Part shown: piece by piece, positions 23,170 to 36,673 of the stretch | Layout of the letters: the number at the start of each line of letters is the position of its first letter | How positions within the stretch are numbered: the stretch's first letter is position 1 | From: Chlorokybus atmophyticus | Lineage: Eukaryota; Plantae; Mesostigma and Chlorokybus algae | NCBI GenBank assembly: GCA_009103225.1 | Contig: RHPI01002069.1 | Coordinates: 1,631,442-1,695,441, forward strand | Direction: 5' to 3' | Length of the DNA stretch: 64,000 nucleotides | Position numbers and translations under genes: made by a program | Notes under the pieces: generated by a model | Seen by the model: the letters and a program-made list of their open reading frames with translations, nothing else | Told to the model about the DNA's origin: nothing | Database searches by the model: none

Positions 23170-26100
23170 TTATTTGCGAGCAATGACCACAAAGAAATCT
23201 GAAAGGCTCCATCGATGCACCTCACTTTTCTGACCAGGATTGAGAACCCAACCCTTGTCAGCTCCATGGCCCTGATGCTCAGCAACCCTTTTGTATCCCA
23301 ACACAACCTCCTGCTTGGACAGCCCTCGATACAGCAGATCCCAAAAAGACAGCTCTTCACCTTCGCGCACGTACGCACGCGCTGGTCTTATACGAATGCC
23401 CATGCGATCGCTCTCAGTCACCAACTCAGACATGACGCGTCCGACCTGGCTGTCTTCTGCCATGTTGGCCAACACCATGGCCTGCATATTGCAACGGGCT
23501 TGATGTGCAAGTGCTCGAGCTGTATTGCAGGTGCAAGACAACAGTGTGGAAGCAACAAGCATCAATGCTGCAGAATTCCTGAGGCACACTGCAACAAGAA
23601 ACACACCTGCAGGTCGTCAGGAAGGGTGTAATCGTCAAGCCATGTGGCTCGCACATTCTCAAGGATGGGGTTGCCAGTTTGATGCGCCAGTTCTGCGACA
23701 AGCCTGGAATCATGCCTGCCTCGCTGAGCTTGGATGGCTTTTATGTACATAGCCGTAGCCATCCTGTGCGAGTCACTGTCTGCTCCTGTAGAACTTGCCA
23801 AATCCATATCACCCTCATCTCCAAGAACTAACACCTTGTCATACTTCTCCAATGGAACCGCCTCCAACTCTCGACGTGCAACTGGATTGCCCTGTGGTAA
23901 TGCAAACAGTGTCTCAAGGCGCATCTCGCAAACACGTGGAAGCACAGGCCAGCCATGAGCAACTTAGTACTGTCTAAGACAATACTAAGCGCTGGCCATG
24001 TGGTGCACATAGCATCTACAACAGTGATCTGCATGTAACGCAAGCACAGATGCCAAGCCCATTCTGCTTGCCTGGTAATTGCGCAAGTTAAAGGCGGCTG
24101 AGTCTCGTATGCGCTCCAAACGTGGCTGCCTATCAGAGATGGGAGTCGCGCTCAAGATGGCAACTTCAGATCCTGGACCGATTGTGCGATACAGAGCGAA
24201 CAGAATTTCCTCAATGTCCTTTCGCCAACCACAAATTAAAACACTCTGAGCCTTGCGTGTTGTATATGCACTGGCATCTGTATTCTTTGTAGGTGAGTTT
24301 GCTGGTGGCACTGTTGAAGGCATACTGGACGATCCAGGCGAATATGAGTTGTTGTCTTCGGCGATGACCACGATGTTGTCTCCCTTATTCACCACTGTCT
24401 CCCCAGGCGGATTGATTAGAAACTCGCCACTGTTTCTCTGGATGCCACAAGCCACAGCATTGTCAAAAACGAAGGCGACCTCGTCGAATCGCTTGCCTTC
24501 CAACTCTGGCCAGTGTTTTGAATAGAGCTCCTGCCCTTCAAAGCCCAGCAACTCCTTCAAGACGGCTGCATACCTGCACCCCAAAATAACGTAAGTCTTG
24601 GATGGTACGTGTAGACACAACAATCGCACATAGCAGAAAGTGTGGATAATCAGTCAACAGGTGCAATGCTTGGTGTTGTGCTACATCCAAGACATGATGT
24701 CAATGAAGCCACTAGCTTCTAGAGAAGCTTACAAGCGCACGTGACTTGCAATGACTCTAAAGATATGTACCGCAAAACGTACCCAGGGTCACAAGCTTTA
24801 TATACAATCAGTCGGCCTGCCATATGATTTGCAGCAACAGGCACAATCTGATGTTGGGCGATTTTTCGCTCAGGCAAGTGAAGGCCATTGTGAGCAGCTT
24901 GCAAGATCCCGAGGTTGTTCACATCGGTGAACTCTGCAGTGATACTGGCTTGCAAATTTGGCAGCTGTGTCAGCACCATGCATGCCTGCGCACAAAGGAC
25001 AACCGTAAATGTTGATGTCTTGTAGCACCAGGCGTGCTACGCAAGCAGGGTACCTGAGCATACCTGTACAACCTTTGCATCTGCCTCATCTTTATCTCCA
25101 ATCGGGGAGAGAACAATCACCTTTTTTGCAAAAACAGCACCGCACTTTCGCAGATCATCCGGGCAAGACATGTCCCCAGTTCTGGTCACCAACTTGGACT
25201 TGCGAGGGTTTGGGATGGCCTGGTGGAGCGTCTGCTTGCAAACGCCTATGAATCAAGCAGGGCACTTATAAAGCACCGTCCTAGAAACTGAACTATACAA
25301 GCATGCAATGAATTTGCTACAACACACCGCAAGCTTTGGAATACCTGATCCATTACAGCCTTGTCCTCAGAGCCGAGGACAACAATTGCTGTACCTCCCT
25401 CAGAGGCGTTTGCAAGAGTCAGCTGGTCCACTAGCTGCACGGTTTGAGAAGTCCACCCAACAACCTGTAGTTACAAACATTGCTTGCACTGCACAAGACG
25501 GAAAGTGGTGGGACACATCAACCATGCTATGCTAACCTTCACGCTCAAATGCAGATGCGCTGATTCGTGTCATGCAGCACGTCTGAACGCATGAAGATCT
25601 TTGCATGAGCCTTACGCACCAGTGTATGGTTGGACTCAATAACACGGCCGCCAGCCCGCAGATTGTCCACATGTGTAGAGATCCCGTCTGAGACAAGACC
25701 CACCAGCAAGGCGAAGAACAGCATGCCACCTATTGTTAAAGGCACACTGACAACCCGCCGGCGAATGGAAGTCTCAGCGCAGTGGGTTCCAGGATCTGCA
25801 AGCAATGCAACCATGCTGTTGCCATTGTGAACGTGTGCTTGCAGCAGCTGTCTGCTAGGACATATGTATAGTACCTGCAACCATAGTCCAAGAGTTCCAA
25901 ACTTCTTCTGGAAAGGAGTTCTTTTCATCAGGGGCACAAAGCAGGCGGTAGGAGGTGGCACCAATCACGGTCATCAAGCAGGTGACACCCAGCAGTACTG
26001 CAGCCTTTGACAATGGGTGCGTTGTTAGGAAGATGTCCAGTGTATACGACACCTTATCTCCTATGGTGGGTCGTTGGTCCAACGTGCTGGTGGCTGTTGA

Positions 26101-26953
26101 CGCTACGGGTGGCGGGGGAGCGGCCTGCGATGGTTGGCTGGCAGATCAGTGCGCTGAGCCACATTGTCCTCTGTTTTGACTTTGAAGGCTACCTCATAGG
26201 TGGCTACAGCCAAATGGCTGGTAAGAACTCCCTAGGCAGCTGCCAAAGCAACTGGGTAGGCAATCTGACCGCCACCGCGTTGTTGCGTGTTCTTCTCAGA
26301 ATAAATTGCTCCCATGTGACTTGACAGATTTCTGTACAAAACTTGCTATCTACATGATGCAGATTGTGTCTATGCTCAACCGAGAGAAAGCAGAAGAAGG
26401 GTATTGAAAATCCGTACTTTGAGCTTTGCACTCGACAGAATGTGTAACTGGGACGGCTTGCACCAACCTGGCGGTATGGCAGCAATGGGCGAATGAGAGG
26501 AGCAGCGCACAACAGCAACGTCACAGCAGCTCCAACGCCGAGCTTGATCAAGTTGTCTTTCTTCCTTTTAGCGTGGGCGCTTCGTCTATCATGCTGCTGA
26601 TGATCAAGATCTGCTGTTGCGCCATCAAGGCGCAACTGCTCACTCCAAGGCCACATACCCGCCCCATCAGCTGCGCCACCAGCAGCGCCGGCAGTAAGCT
26701 CAGCTCGAGGAGGCAACGGACGACCACAAGGCTGACATGCACCCAACCGCCTCCACCTTCCCCCCAGGAACCTCACCCCCAACCTGCTGGTCCAGCTTGC
26801 TCGCACCTGTCCACCGACCCAAGACTGCCCAGCACGTCCTTTAAGCGCTCCTGCATCCAAAAGACACCGCGTGCTGTGGACAACAATGCGATGAGCTGCC
26901 CGACCATCGGAGGCAGCGACCGCCGCCGCCGCCGCCACCGCCAAACTCCCCAT
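23170..26953 (-). CDS. CASTOR/POLLUX/DMI1-family cation channel (TM pore + two RCK domains), multi-exon
   Basis: WTMVA|DPGTHC, GGMLFFALLVGLVSDGIS, VIESNHTLV, LLGFEGQELYSKHWPEL, VVIAEDNNSYSP, ICGWRKDIEE, GNPVARRELEAVPLEKYD, W-S-L-x-D C-terminus all parallel plant DMI1/POLLUX. Confidence 0.88.
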
Positions 26954-27386
26954 GGCTTCCACCACCAATTCTGCTACCCGGTAGCTACGTGCATGCCTGC
27001 CTGTTTACTTGCGCGACGTGACGCCACCCAACGACCTATAGTGTGAACGGCACTGATCCAGGCGATCCTACTGATCCAGGGCTAGTGACTCAGACAATCT
27101 GCTACGATCCTGCGATCATGGGTTCAGAGTTTTGTGGTTTGAACCAGTGAACTTCGGGTTCAGTCGCTGACCGCGTTCCTTTTCAGTAACGTCAGCAGTC
27201 TGCTGCATGCATGTGGCTAGGCGGCGGCGGCGGTGGCGGCGGTGGCGGCGTGGTGGCGGCGGCGGTGGGGGTTGGTCCGGGCGGCGGCGGCAGGACTGGA
27301 CGTGGAGAACGTAGCACGCTGTTGTGCTGACGACAAGATGGACCGCTAAAGTAATGTCTGGAATTGGCCGCATGTGAACTGGCGGG

Positions 27387-30300
27387 ATGACTGCGGGGGC
27401 GGCGGCGTTTTCGGCGGCGCACAGTGCATGCCAGACCAGCTACTTCTCTGTCCCGTGTAGTACTAGCGCTAGACCTACGCTTACAGCACGTCGCAACAGA
27501 TTGCAACCTCAGTTGCAACGAACGAGAGGCTTGCCTGGAGGATTGCTGCAACCCCACCGCAACCCAAGCAGGCTTGCTGCTCTGCTCTCGTCAGCCAAGA
27601 GGAGACCTGGCCAGCTCCAGCGTCAGCATTTGATAAAGGCAGAGGCAGGCAATGGTGTGCCGGCAGCTGCACCGCAAAATTGGGATAGCAGAGCACATGG
27701 CAAGACGCGCGCAAAGCCCAGCATTACGGGCGGGTCCACCAGCAGCCGCATTGGCGCTTACGTGACCAAGTTGCTGCAGCCCGTGGATGGCCTCTGGGGG
27801 AAGACACTGCCCATGATTGCTTTATTTTTCGCCATGGCGTTCGTCAACGCCTTGCTTGACGCGACCAAGGTATAAATAGGGGTGCTGCACAGGTCAATTC
27901 ATTGCGCTGTGCACGCGATGGGTAAAACGTAGAATACAGCGTTTGTTTGCGAGTGTTGCAAAGCAGACATGCACCTTGCAGCAACTTATGCAGCTAACGG
28001 TTTTACTCGTTATCATCATATCAGGCCTCGCTGCACACCTTGCACCATGTACTGTATGGCACACGTGATGTTGAGGCGCGCAAGTTTCAGTCTATCCAAT
28101 GCACAACTTTGATTGAGAAGATAGTGTCGCATACAGCTTAGCACTTTAGCGCCGTTCAGCTGCTTGCTGACTATGAGTGTCAAGATGCTTTGGCATATGC
28201 ATTTGATGGCCAGCACAGCTTTCTCCCATAGCAATTTGAGCTTAGGGAGAACATCCGTTGTTTAACACACTGAGTTAGTCACGCACGCGAGTAGTGTGTC
28301 TTCGGTTTGGACCAGCTAACATGGACTCGTGACATGTGCATGGTAAGGAATCTCAGTATCTAAGTAGAGAGTCTTAGTCCCTTTGGTCTCTCTTGAGTTG
28401 ATGGCTACATTTTTGGGTATACAAGGGGGGGGGGATCACGACTGCTAACTTGGCATGTAGAAGCCAAGTCAGCCCTGAGCTGGTCGTTGTTGAGGTTGCT
28501 ACTAGTAGCCTGTTGTTTGTAACGGTTCAACTAGCGCCACATTCGTTAGGAGGCAATCAGCCTGTATGGTTGGTGTTTCTGATCCTACAACTCAGTGCAT
28601 GCTTGCAGGACACTCTGGTGGTCACTGCTGTTGGTGGTGCGGAGGTGCTGCCATTCTTGACGGTGTACGCTGTGCTGCCAATGTCCTGCGCGTTCTTGTG
28701 GATCTTCATGAAGTTGGTAACCCTCCACTGTTGTCCAAAGGCTTATTCCTGCTGTCTATGCAGTGCACAGCAATGCATGTAATAACTAGTAGGTTTCGGT
28801 GTGCAGTGCAACGCTCTTCCCCGCGCGCAAGTGTTTTATATTGCTCTCTTGCCCTTCATTAGCTTCTTTGCACTGTTCGCACTTGTCTTATACCCCATGC
28901 GCAACGTCCTCCACCCGCACGCCTACTCTGACGCTCTGCAAGCGACACTTCCAGCGGGCCTCGCTGGCGGTGTAGCTGTGCTCAGAGAGTGGACCTTCAG
29001 TCTGTTCTACGTTGCCTCAGAGTTGTGGGGTGACGTGGTGCTTGCGCTGCTGTTCTGGCAGTTGGCAAATGAAATAACGTCAATATCAGAGGCTCACATC
29101 CTCTATCCCCTCTTTGGCATTGGTAAGCATGCCAGGTCGGCAAGTTGGCAGCTGTGCATGCAAGACGCCAATGCTGGTTGCATACACAGAATGCACTCGG
29201 AGCTGACTGCAGTCATTTTGCCAAACAGGTGCCAATGTCGCACAGGTTATTGGAGGCTGGTTCTTGCGACTGGTCCGCGAGTTTGCACCTCAAATACCCT
29301 TTGTGATGGCCAGAAGTCAGGATGAATGGCACGCACAGTTGAACGTCATCATGGCCGCCACCATCATGATGGTATGTTTGCAAGTTGATCCGGTGTGTGC
29401 ATTGGCACTGTTTGAAGCTGCGTGCCACTGAGTGTTGCGGCATTGCAGACCGTAGTTGTTGCAGCCATACACAGTTATATTGTGGCGACCGTCACACCAA
29501 ACACCATGGTGCAACCCGCTATTCCTCGCGTTAGATCAAGCACAACTGGTAACAAGATGACCACAGTGGAGAGCATACAGTTCTTGTCATCAAGACCGCA
29601 AATACGAGCATTGGCAATAATGGCATTGTCCCAAGGGCTGTCTTCGGTGCTATACCAGGTAACTACCTACCTTACTTGCAGACTTTGAACATGTATAGCA
29701 ACCACAGAAGTCGAGTTGACTAGTAAGTACTTGTTGGCAGTGTGCTTGGAAGGGACAGGTGCGAGAGCTCTATCCTAGTCCAAGCGACTTTTCTGTCTTT
29801 ATGGGGGATGTCCAGACATGGACGGGTATAGCCACAGTAGCGGCGATGGTTGTTTCCTCAGCAATCTTTACTAGACTGGGCTGGGCAGGTACATGCGGGT
29901 GATTGCTCCGCGATGTGTGCATTTCTCCTTGCCTCTTTGCCTAACAAGAGGGCCGCAAGTCAGCCATTTCGTTGATGAGCTTTTGTGTGATTGTGCATGC
30001 CATGCACCTTAATCTTTGCTGCAACAGGTGCTGCATCGTTGACGCCCAGAGTGATGACAGTGCTAGGGACAAGCTTCCTTCTGCTGTGCTGCGCACGGCA
30101 AAGGTTCTTCCCTCAAGCCAGCATCCTGTTGCAAGGCTTGGTTTACATGGGCACTCTAGTGTATATAACAGAGCGCAGTGCCAAGTTCAGCCTGTTTAAG
30201 CCTGCAGAAGAAATGGTGTACATAGAACTAGATGCTGAGAGCAAGTCAAAGGGCAAAGCGGCCATTGACGTCCTCGGCTCACAGGTTGGTGACAACTGTT

Positions 30301-30740
30301 GTTTATCACAAGGTTGGCGACGTGGCCTAATCAACCCCTGTCATTTGTTCAACAACGCATTTGCTTTGTGTTTGTGCTTGCCACGCAGGTTGGCAAGAGT
30401 GGCGGAAGCCTGCTTCAACAAGCTTTGCTGGTTGTGTGCGGGTCATTGGGTGCAGGTAGGTTTGGCTCAGTATGATGGTAGTGCTTGGACTTGGATGAAT
30501 GAGTGACAGGCGGTGTTGACACTCACTTGTCTGTTCACAGCTTTGCCTGTCATCACTGTCACGTACATGGGTACCGTCCGTGCTTGGATTGTGGCTGTGC
30601 GGGCGCTGGCGACCCACCACTTTGGGGCAGCCAACGATGAGGAGCTCGAAACAGAGGACCTCAGCTGCGACCTTTGCAACAGGCCCCCAAGCCCAGAGAT
30701 TGTTGATTTGCCAGCCTTCAGAGAACCTGCTGTCGGATAA
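27387..30740 (+). CDS. TLC/NTT-family ATP/ADP (nucleotide) transporter with transit-peptide-like N-terminus, multi-exon
   Basis: KDTLVVT...AEVLPFL, FYVASELWG, LANEITS...YPLFGIGANVA, KFSLFKPAEEMVYIELD...KGKAAIDVLGSQVGKSGGS. Confidence 0.88.
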
Positions 30741-31492
30741 ATCACTGAGTGCTTGGAACCGACTACCACATTCTTAAATATTCGCGCGCAATCTGGTTGG
30801 TTGGGTCACGCTGTGTTGACATGCGTATGTGAAGTGCCAGCAGTGGTCTGCGATTATGCCGATATGCCACACATCGCAGTGCTGATGGTATAAGCGGAGG
30901 TAATTGATTACAACAGCAGTTTGCAAATTATTTCGTACAGATTACTTGACAATGACGCTCTTCTGGTGTCCAATGAAAATATGCTAGTTGTGGCTTCATC
31001 TGGCATAGCAGATTGTGCGACATGACATGCATAAGTAGAGATAGTGCTTGAAATACCAAGTGTGCATTCATAGTAGGAATCTGCTGAGTTTCACTTGGAT
31101 CGAATTGGATCACAAGCACTACAGCCCTGGCTGCATGTGCCCATTGTTACACATGCACATTTGACAGGCAACACCATCTTACAGCAACAGCAACAATTGC
31201 CACCCACATCCCGATGCGCATAATCACTCATCACTTTCTTCATCAACCACCAACTCAAAACAGATCCACAAACGAGCACAGCAACTAGATTGGCCACAGC
31301 CACATGTACAAGGTGACGGGCAGACTGGACACAGTAGTAGCACCTCACGAATGGGCAAACTGGGTGCAGTTCACACAGTCAAAGCTACCGCCAGGCCTAC
31401 TGTTCTACAACTACCATGAACCCTGCTCACTATCCATGGGACACCAAAACACGTGCTAACTGGTACACTACAAGCTAACCAACTAGCAATCC

Positions 31493-34068
31493 CTACCTTG
31501 CGCTCACTAGCAACATTTCCATCTCGTGCATCGGGCGGTACGACTTTCGCTTGACGAAGCGGCGATGATACCAGACAGCAAACGCGCCGCCTGCTCCGAT
31601 TACAACAATGGCCACCATGGCCCACCAGCCCCTGCTGCCGCCAGTTGAACCGCCCGTCAACCCGTCGGCCTGCACAGCATCCCCCGATGCAGCAGACTTG
31701 GAGCTGCTGCTGGCACCGGGGCTAGCGACAGGTGCAACAGATTGCGGGGCAAGGCAGGCATCAACGCTTGCAACCTGCAACGGATTGCGTGTAAGCACTG
31801 AGTGCCAACGCCAAGTCTAATGGCTGGATGCAGGTTTTGATCAGGCTATCACGTGTGCACAGCAACTTACCATGGTGTCACACATCTGCGTGGACAGCGT
31901 TACACACCGCCCAGACAGGTGACCATCATCCTGGCCACCATCTGCACACCAGCCACACTGCGAGTCTGAAGCACATGTCTCACAATCCTCCAACGCCTGG
32001 CAGGCATCTGCAAACATGCCAGGATCAGATGACAATAATTACCAAGCACTGCCAACAACACACACAGAGGCACATTCTGTACTGCAGCAGTCACCACTGC
32101 AAGGTCTAAATAACCTAGGCAAGAAAGCATAGACAAACCTTCCAAAGGGGCGTCCTCAGTAGTTTCGGCATCAGGCGCAGGAGCTGGTGTCTTGGTACTT
32201 TCGGCAGTTTCATCAGGGTCCACTTCGCTTTCAGCTTCAGGGGCAGCTGCAGCTGGCGAAGGACACTCCACAGCATTGCCGTCTTCGTCCGTGCACTCGG
32301 CAGCAACATCCTCAGCTGCCTCAGGAGCAGGTGACTCACAAGCAACTGGGTAGCCGTACTCATCAGTACATTCTGGAGCCGGGCACTCTACTTCATTGCC
32401 GTTGTCATCAACACAGGTAGCGGCAGCATCGGGCTTGGCTGGTGCGGGCGCAGGGACTTCACATGGCAGCGGGTTACCATCCTCATCGGTGCCGCAGTTG
32501 GCCTCATCAACAGTCTGGGTGGGCTTACAAGGGATGACGACATTGCCTTCCGCATCAATACAGGGAGCAGCTCCAGGTGCCTCCGCCGGTGGGCAAGGGA
32601 TAGCCTGGCCATCGTCGTCAAAGCATCTGTTGTCAACAAAAGTTGATTGCTCAGCATCGCAAGGCAGCGGGTTGCCTTCCCCATCAGTGCCACAGTCGGC
32701 CGCACTGGGCTCAGGCGCCTGCGTGGGTGGGCAAGGGATGACATTGCCATTAACATCTGTGCACTCTGATGCGCTCTCATCCTTCGTCTCAGTGCTTTCG
32801 CATGGGACAACATTGCCTTCCTCGTCATGGCACTCGGTTTCAGCACTCTCAGGTGCTTCGGCTGGCGGGCATGGGATAACATTGCCTTCATCATCATGGC
32901 ACTCCGCTGCGACATCTTCAGGTGCTTCAGCTGGCGGGCAAGGAATGACATTGCCTCCATCATCGTGACACTCAGCTGTAGTGTCTTCAGGTGCTTCAGC
33001 TGGCGGGCAAGGAATGACATTGCCTTCATCATCGTGGCACTCAGCTGTAGCGTTTTCAGGTGCTTCAGCCGGCGAGCAAGGAATGACATTGCCTTCACCA
33101 TCATGACAATCAGCGGAACCCTCCTCAGCACAAGGGACTACATTGCCTTCATCATCGTGACATTCAGCAACATGCTCAGCAGGCGGGCAGGGGATGACAT
33201 TGCCTTCCTCGTCATGGCAGTCTTCAGCAACCTCGTCAGGGCAAGGGATTACATTGCCTTGGTCATCATGACACTCAACTGTATCATATTCAGCTTCAGG
33301 GGCGTCCGCAGGCGGGCAAGGGATAGGTTGACCATCAGCGTCAATGCCACAGTCTACCGCAGCTGCTTCCTGTTGAGGGCAGGGAATAGTGTTGCCTTCC
33401 TCATCAGCACAGCCGGCGGCCACTGGCTCTTCTGCTTCCGGACAGGGGAGTGGATTGCCATCCTCATCAACGCCACAGTCCTTCTCAACAACGACGACTT
33501 CTTCAGGAACAGGCGCAGGTGCAGACTCTTGGACCTCCTGGTCACTGCTATCCTCCTCCTGAACATCAACCGATGGAGCTGGCGCTATGGTTGTGTCCAC
33601 ATCCTGACTGTCCTCATCATACGTCTCATCAATTTGTTCTTGCGCTTGCTCCTGTGGCTTATCTCCTTTTCCGTAATAACCACCATCATAGTAGCTCTCA
33701 TCATACATGCCTTCCTCATCATAGTTGGTGTACTCTTCCTCAAGCTTACGCGCAAGTTTGGCGCCTGCGCAAGATCACAAGAAGTCAGCTATATATATCG
33801 CAACAGCATCCACCATGTGCATAGGTTAACACTGTGCTGGGCCTCAAGCCACGTGCTGGGATGAGCTGCTCACTGGCTGCATTGCAAGATGCACCCAAGG
33901 TGATGGCGTGCACACAGTGAAGGGACCAACATTTGGGAAGCAATGCCATGCACTCCGCATACGCGCAGCTGTACCTGGCTGCAGTTTCCTAGCAGCTGCC
34001 ACTTCTGACACCAATGCTGCAACCAGACATGCTGCTAGAAGCCAAAGCAGTGCCGATCTGCGGGCCAT
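31493..34068 (-). CDS. Unknown type-I membrane protein: signal peptide, 19 x C-x(1-2)-D-x-x-G-N-x-x-P-C repeats, PSI-like Cys module, TM helix, short tail
   Basis: Signal-like MARRSALLWLLAACLVAALVSEVAA (exon 34068-33975); 602 aa ORF with repeats (33477-32263); CEDC..CGWC module (~32002-31946); TM WWAMVAIVVIGAGGAFAVWY; canonical splice sites join the exons. Confidence 0.75.
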
Positions 34069-35282
34069 AGCGCCTGTTCTGCAAGAGCGGTACCGGCAAC
34101 ACTTCTTTCTCACAACCTTCGATGCTTCGCCTGGGCAGCTCACAACATGAATGCGACCTGCACCGCTTTGCGTGAGCATGTCATGTCACGCCATTGTGCA
34201 GTTGACTTCAAGTGAATCAGCATGCACCCATCCGCAATGACTATAACAAGAGCTAGTGCTCGAATAGACGATGCAAAGGCAAGAGCGCTGGCAGTTGTGG
34301 TAGTCGTGCTGTGCGGCGTCGAGCAGGCAACATGCAACAACAGTGTCTGACCAGCTCAAAGATGCTCTGCATTGCACCATTGAATACAGTGACGACAACA
34401 CCACAGCTAGGATTGGCCTTGGCTGTGCTGCGTGCATATGTGCTTGCCAGTGCGCACAGTTGTTGCGCATAACCAATGCAACAGCAAGAACAACTGAATG
34501 GTCATGATCGCGACGGTTAGTCAAACACACCTCCCAGGCCACCAGTCGCCCCGGATTCTCGCCACAGGCGAAGTGCGCTGTCACCAGCTCAGTTCTAAAC
34601 AGCGGCGGGCGATGGGCGGAAGACGTGGTTACGTGTCTTGAAGCAGCATGCGCCAGCTCCTGTCTTGACAACCCTACAATGCGTGACCGCTAACCCCCGT
34701 CGACCCTTCCGCCGCCGCCGGTGCACCTCACCGCACCTTCCACCTCGAGTGCTGGTTACAAGCTGCCTGAGGCACCCCATGCTTCGCCAAGCATGCACAG
34801 CGTGGCAGCTCTGTGCTAACCGCGATGAATGAAGAGTTGCCCTTGGCCGTCCTCATGCGAGCAAACTAACCTTGTGATTGAACTGTATTGGGGCCGAAGT
34901 AACCAGGTGCGGCTGTGAAACAGCTTGCAGTCAAGGTTCTATTGGCATTGTCCGGGTTAGCTTGACCAGGGTTTGGTGACATTCAGCTTCCAGACGTTGT
35001 CCCCACGCGCGTGATGATTCACTGATGAATGCCCCGGCGCGGTCTTTGCGCAGCTGCACTGAGGCGTGCGCCACCTGGCGCACGAAGTTCTCGCGCCGGC
35101 CTTTCCCGGGTGCGCACGTGCAAAGCGACACGAGCGCACGGACCGCGACTTCTGCCTTGGGTGTAAGCATACAAGCCTGATCAACTGCGGTATCGATTTT
35201 GTCAAAGACCATAGCTGCCTACGATCACCTTCAACATGCTATTGACAACAGCCTATTGTGTACAATACACATGATTCACATG

Positions 35283-35337
35283 AGAGCTGCATGAAGCCCT
35301 CTTACGTGGTCCCCTGAAGAGGGCTTGATGCAGCTCT
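35283..35337. repeat. 21 bp inverted repeat (1 mismatch, 13 nt loop)
   Basis: AGAGCTGCATGAAGCCCTCTT-acgtggtcccctg-AAGAGGGCTTGATGCAGCTCT. Confidence 0.9.
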
Positions 35338-36673
35338 TACATGATATAGCATCGCAAACAGAGCGCTCAAGCCTCTCGTGTTGCTTAAGGCTCAAGATAG
35401 TCAAGACTGTAAGATGCACAAGCAGACAACTTGTCTGCTTGAAGCATGAACTTGCCGAGAGCTTATGTAAAGCTGTAAAGCTTTACACATCAACAACTTG
35501 AACACAATTACCACATAATCAATAAATTACGCTAAAGCTGAACCATGCCCGTATTCAATGCCCTCGTACATAGGCACAAGCGAGATTATTAACAAAAAAA
35601 CTGATCAAGCACATCACAATACAAATTAATGTGTGTATACAAGAATCATGCATTATCCGTGAATGTATTGTCCCTGTGTACGCATTTTTACGATATAACA
35701 TTTTGGGCAATTTAATATATTAACTATGTGGCATTCATCTCTTCAAGCGCATTGCTGCTTCATACTTTTTTTTCATCTGTAAGAAACCGCATCTTATAGT
35801 GACATAAAATGTTATGCGTGACCAATACGAAAAGTTTTATAGCAACAGAAATGCGATTAAGCAATAATGGCCATGTCGCTATACCATGGCTTGACGAAGC
35901 TTTGCAACATTACAAATGCCATAAACTACGCTATCCATATGTACAAAAGATGCAAGCTGCATCACGCGCATACACAGCACACAGCATGCATAGCAAACAC
36001 CCACATACTCACTCAACACACCGCATTTATGTTTACACTTCACACCACCGGGCTATCTACTCTCCTACGTACTTACTACTACTATTACCCCGTTAGACCA
36101 CATGCAGTGCATGCATGGCAAATGACAGTCACAGTTTTTACCTGCACGCATGTGCAGCTAGTTAGTCTTGCACGGTGTTGCAGTCAGCCAGCAGGACGAA
36201 CAGCAGACGGACTGACTGACTCCCCCCGCCACTCTCCCTCTCCGTCGCTCTCCTGCCTCCCACAGCCACAGCCTCACCCGGCTGCTGCCTGCCACTGTGT
36301 ATGCCATGAACGTTGTGTATGTAAGGGTATGATACGGTGGTGTGCAGCAAGCGTTACATATCTTCTCAAACACCCACACTTACATACTCTTGGTCAAATG
36401 ATGCTGCTTATGTAGAGTCCTCAGCCCAACACGAGGTCGCAACGCGTTGGCAATGGTCTTTACGCCAATTTTGGTGTCACATGGCACATAATTTATCACT
36501 CAAGTTGGCGCAAGATCAAACAAGGCGCAGCACCCAAGTCATTGCTATCACAATTGCGAAGCATACATCGTGTCATCGGCATATGAATTGTCATGACAAG
36601 AAGATACCACCATATCCCCACAAAGAGGGCACATGCATTGAACTCTGAAATCAAAAATAACCAAGGCAGCACC

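Noticed and set aside
32396-33864. Repetitive 190-345 aa ORFs in other frames and strand
   Set aside because: Shadows of the Cys-repeat exon; only the minus frame gives signal peptide, repeats and TM with coherent splicing.
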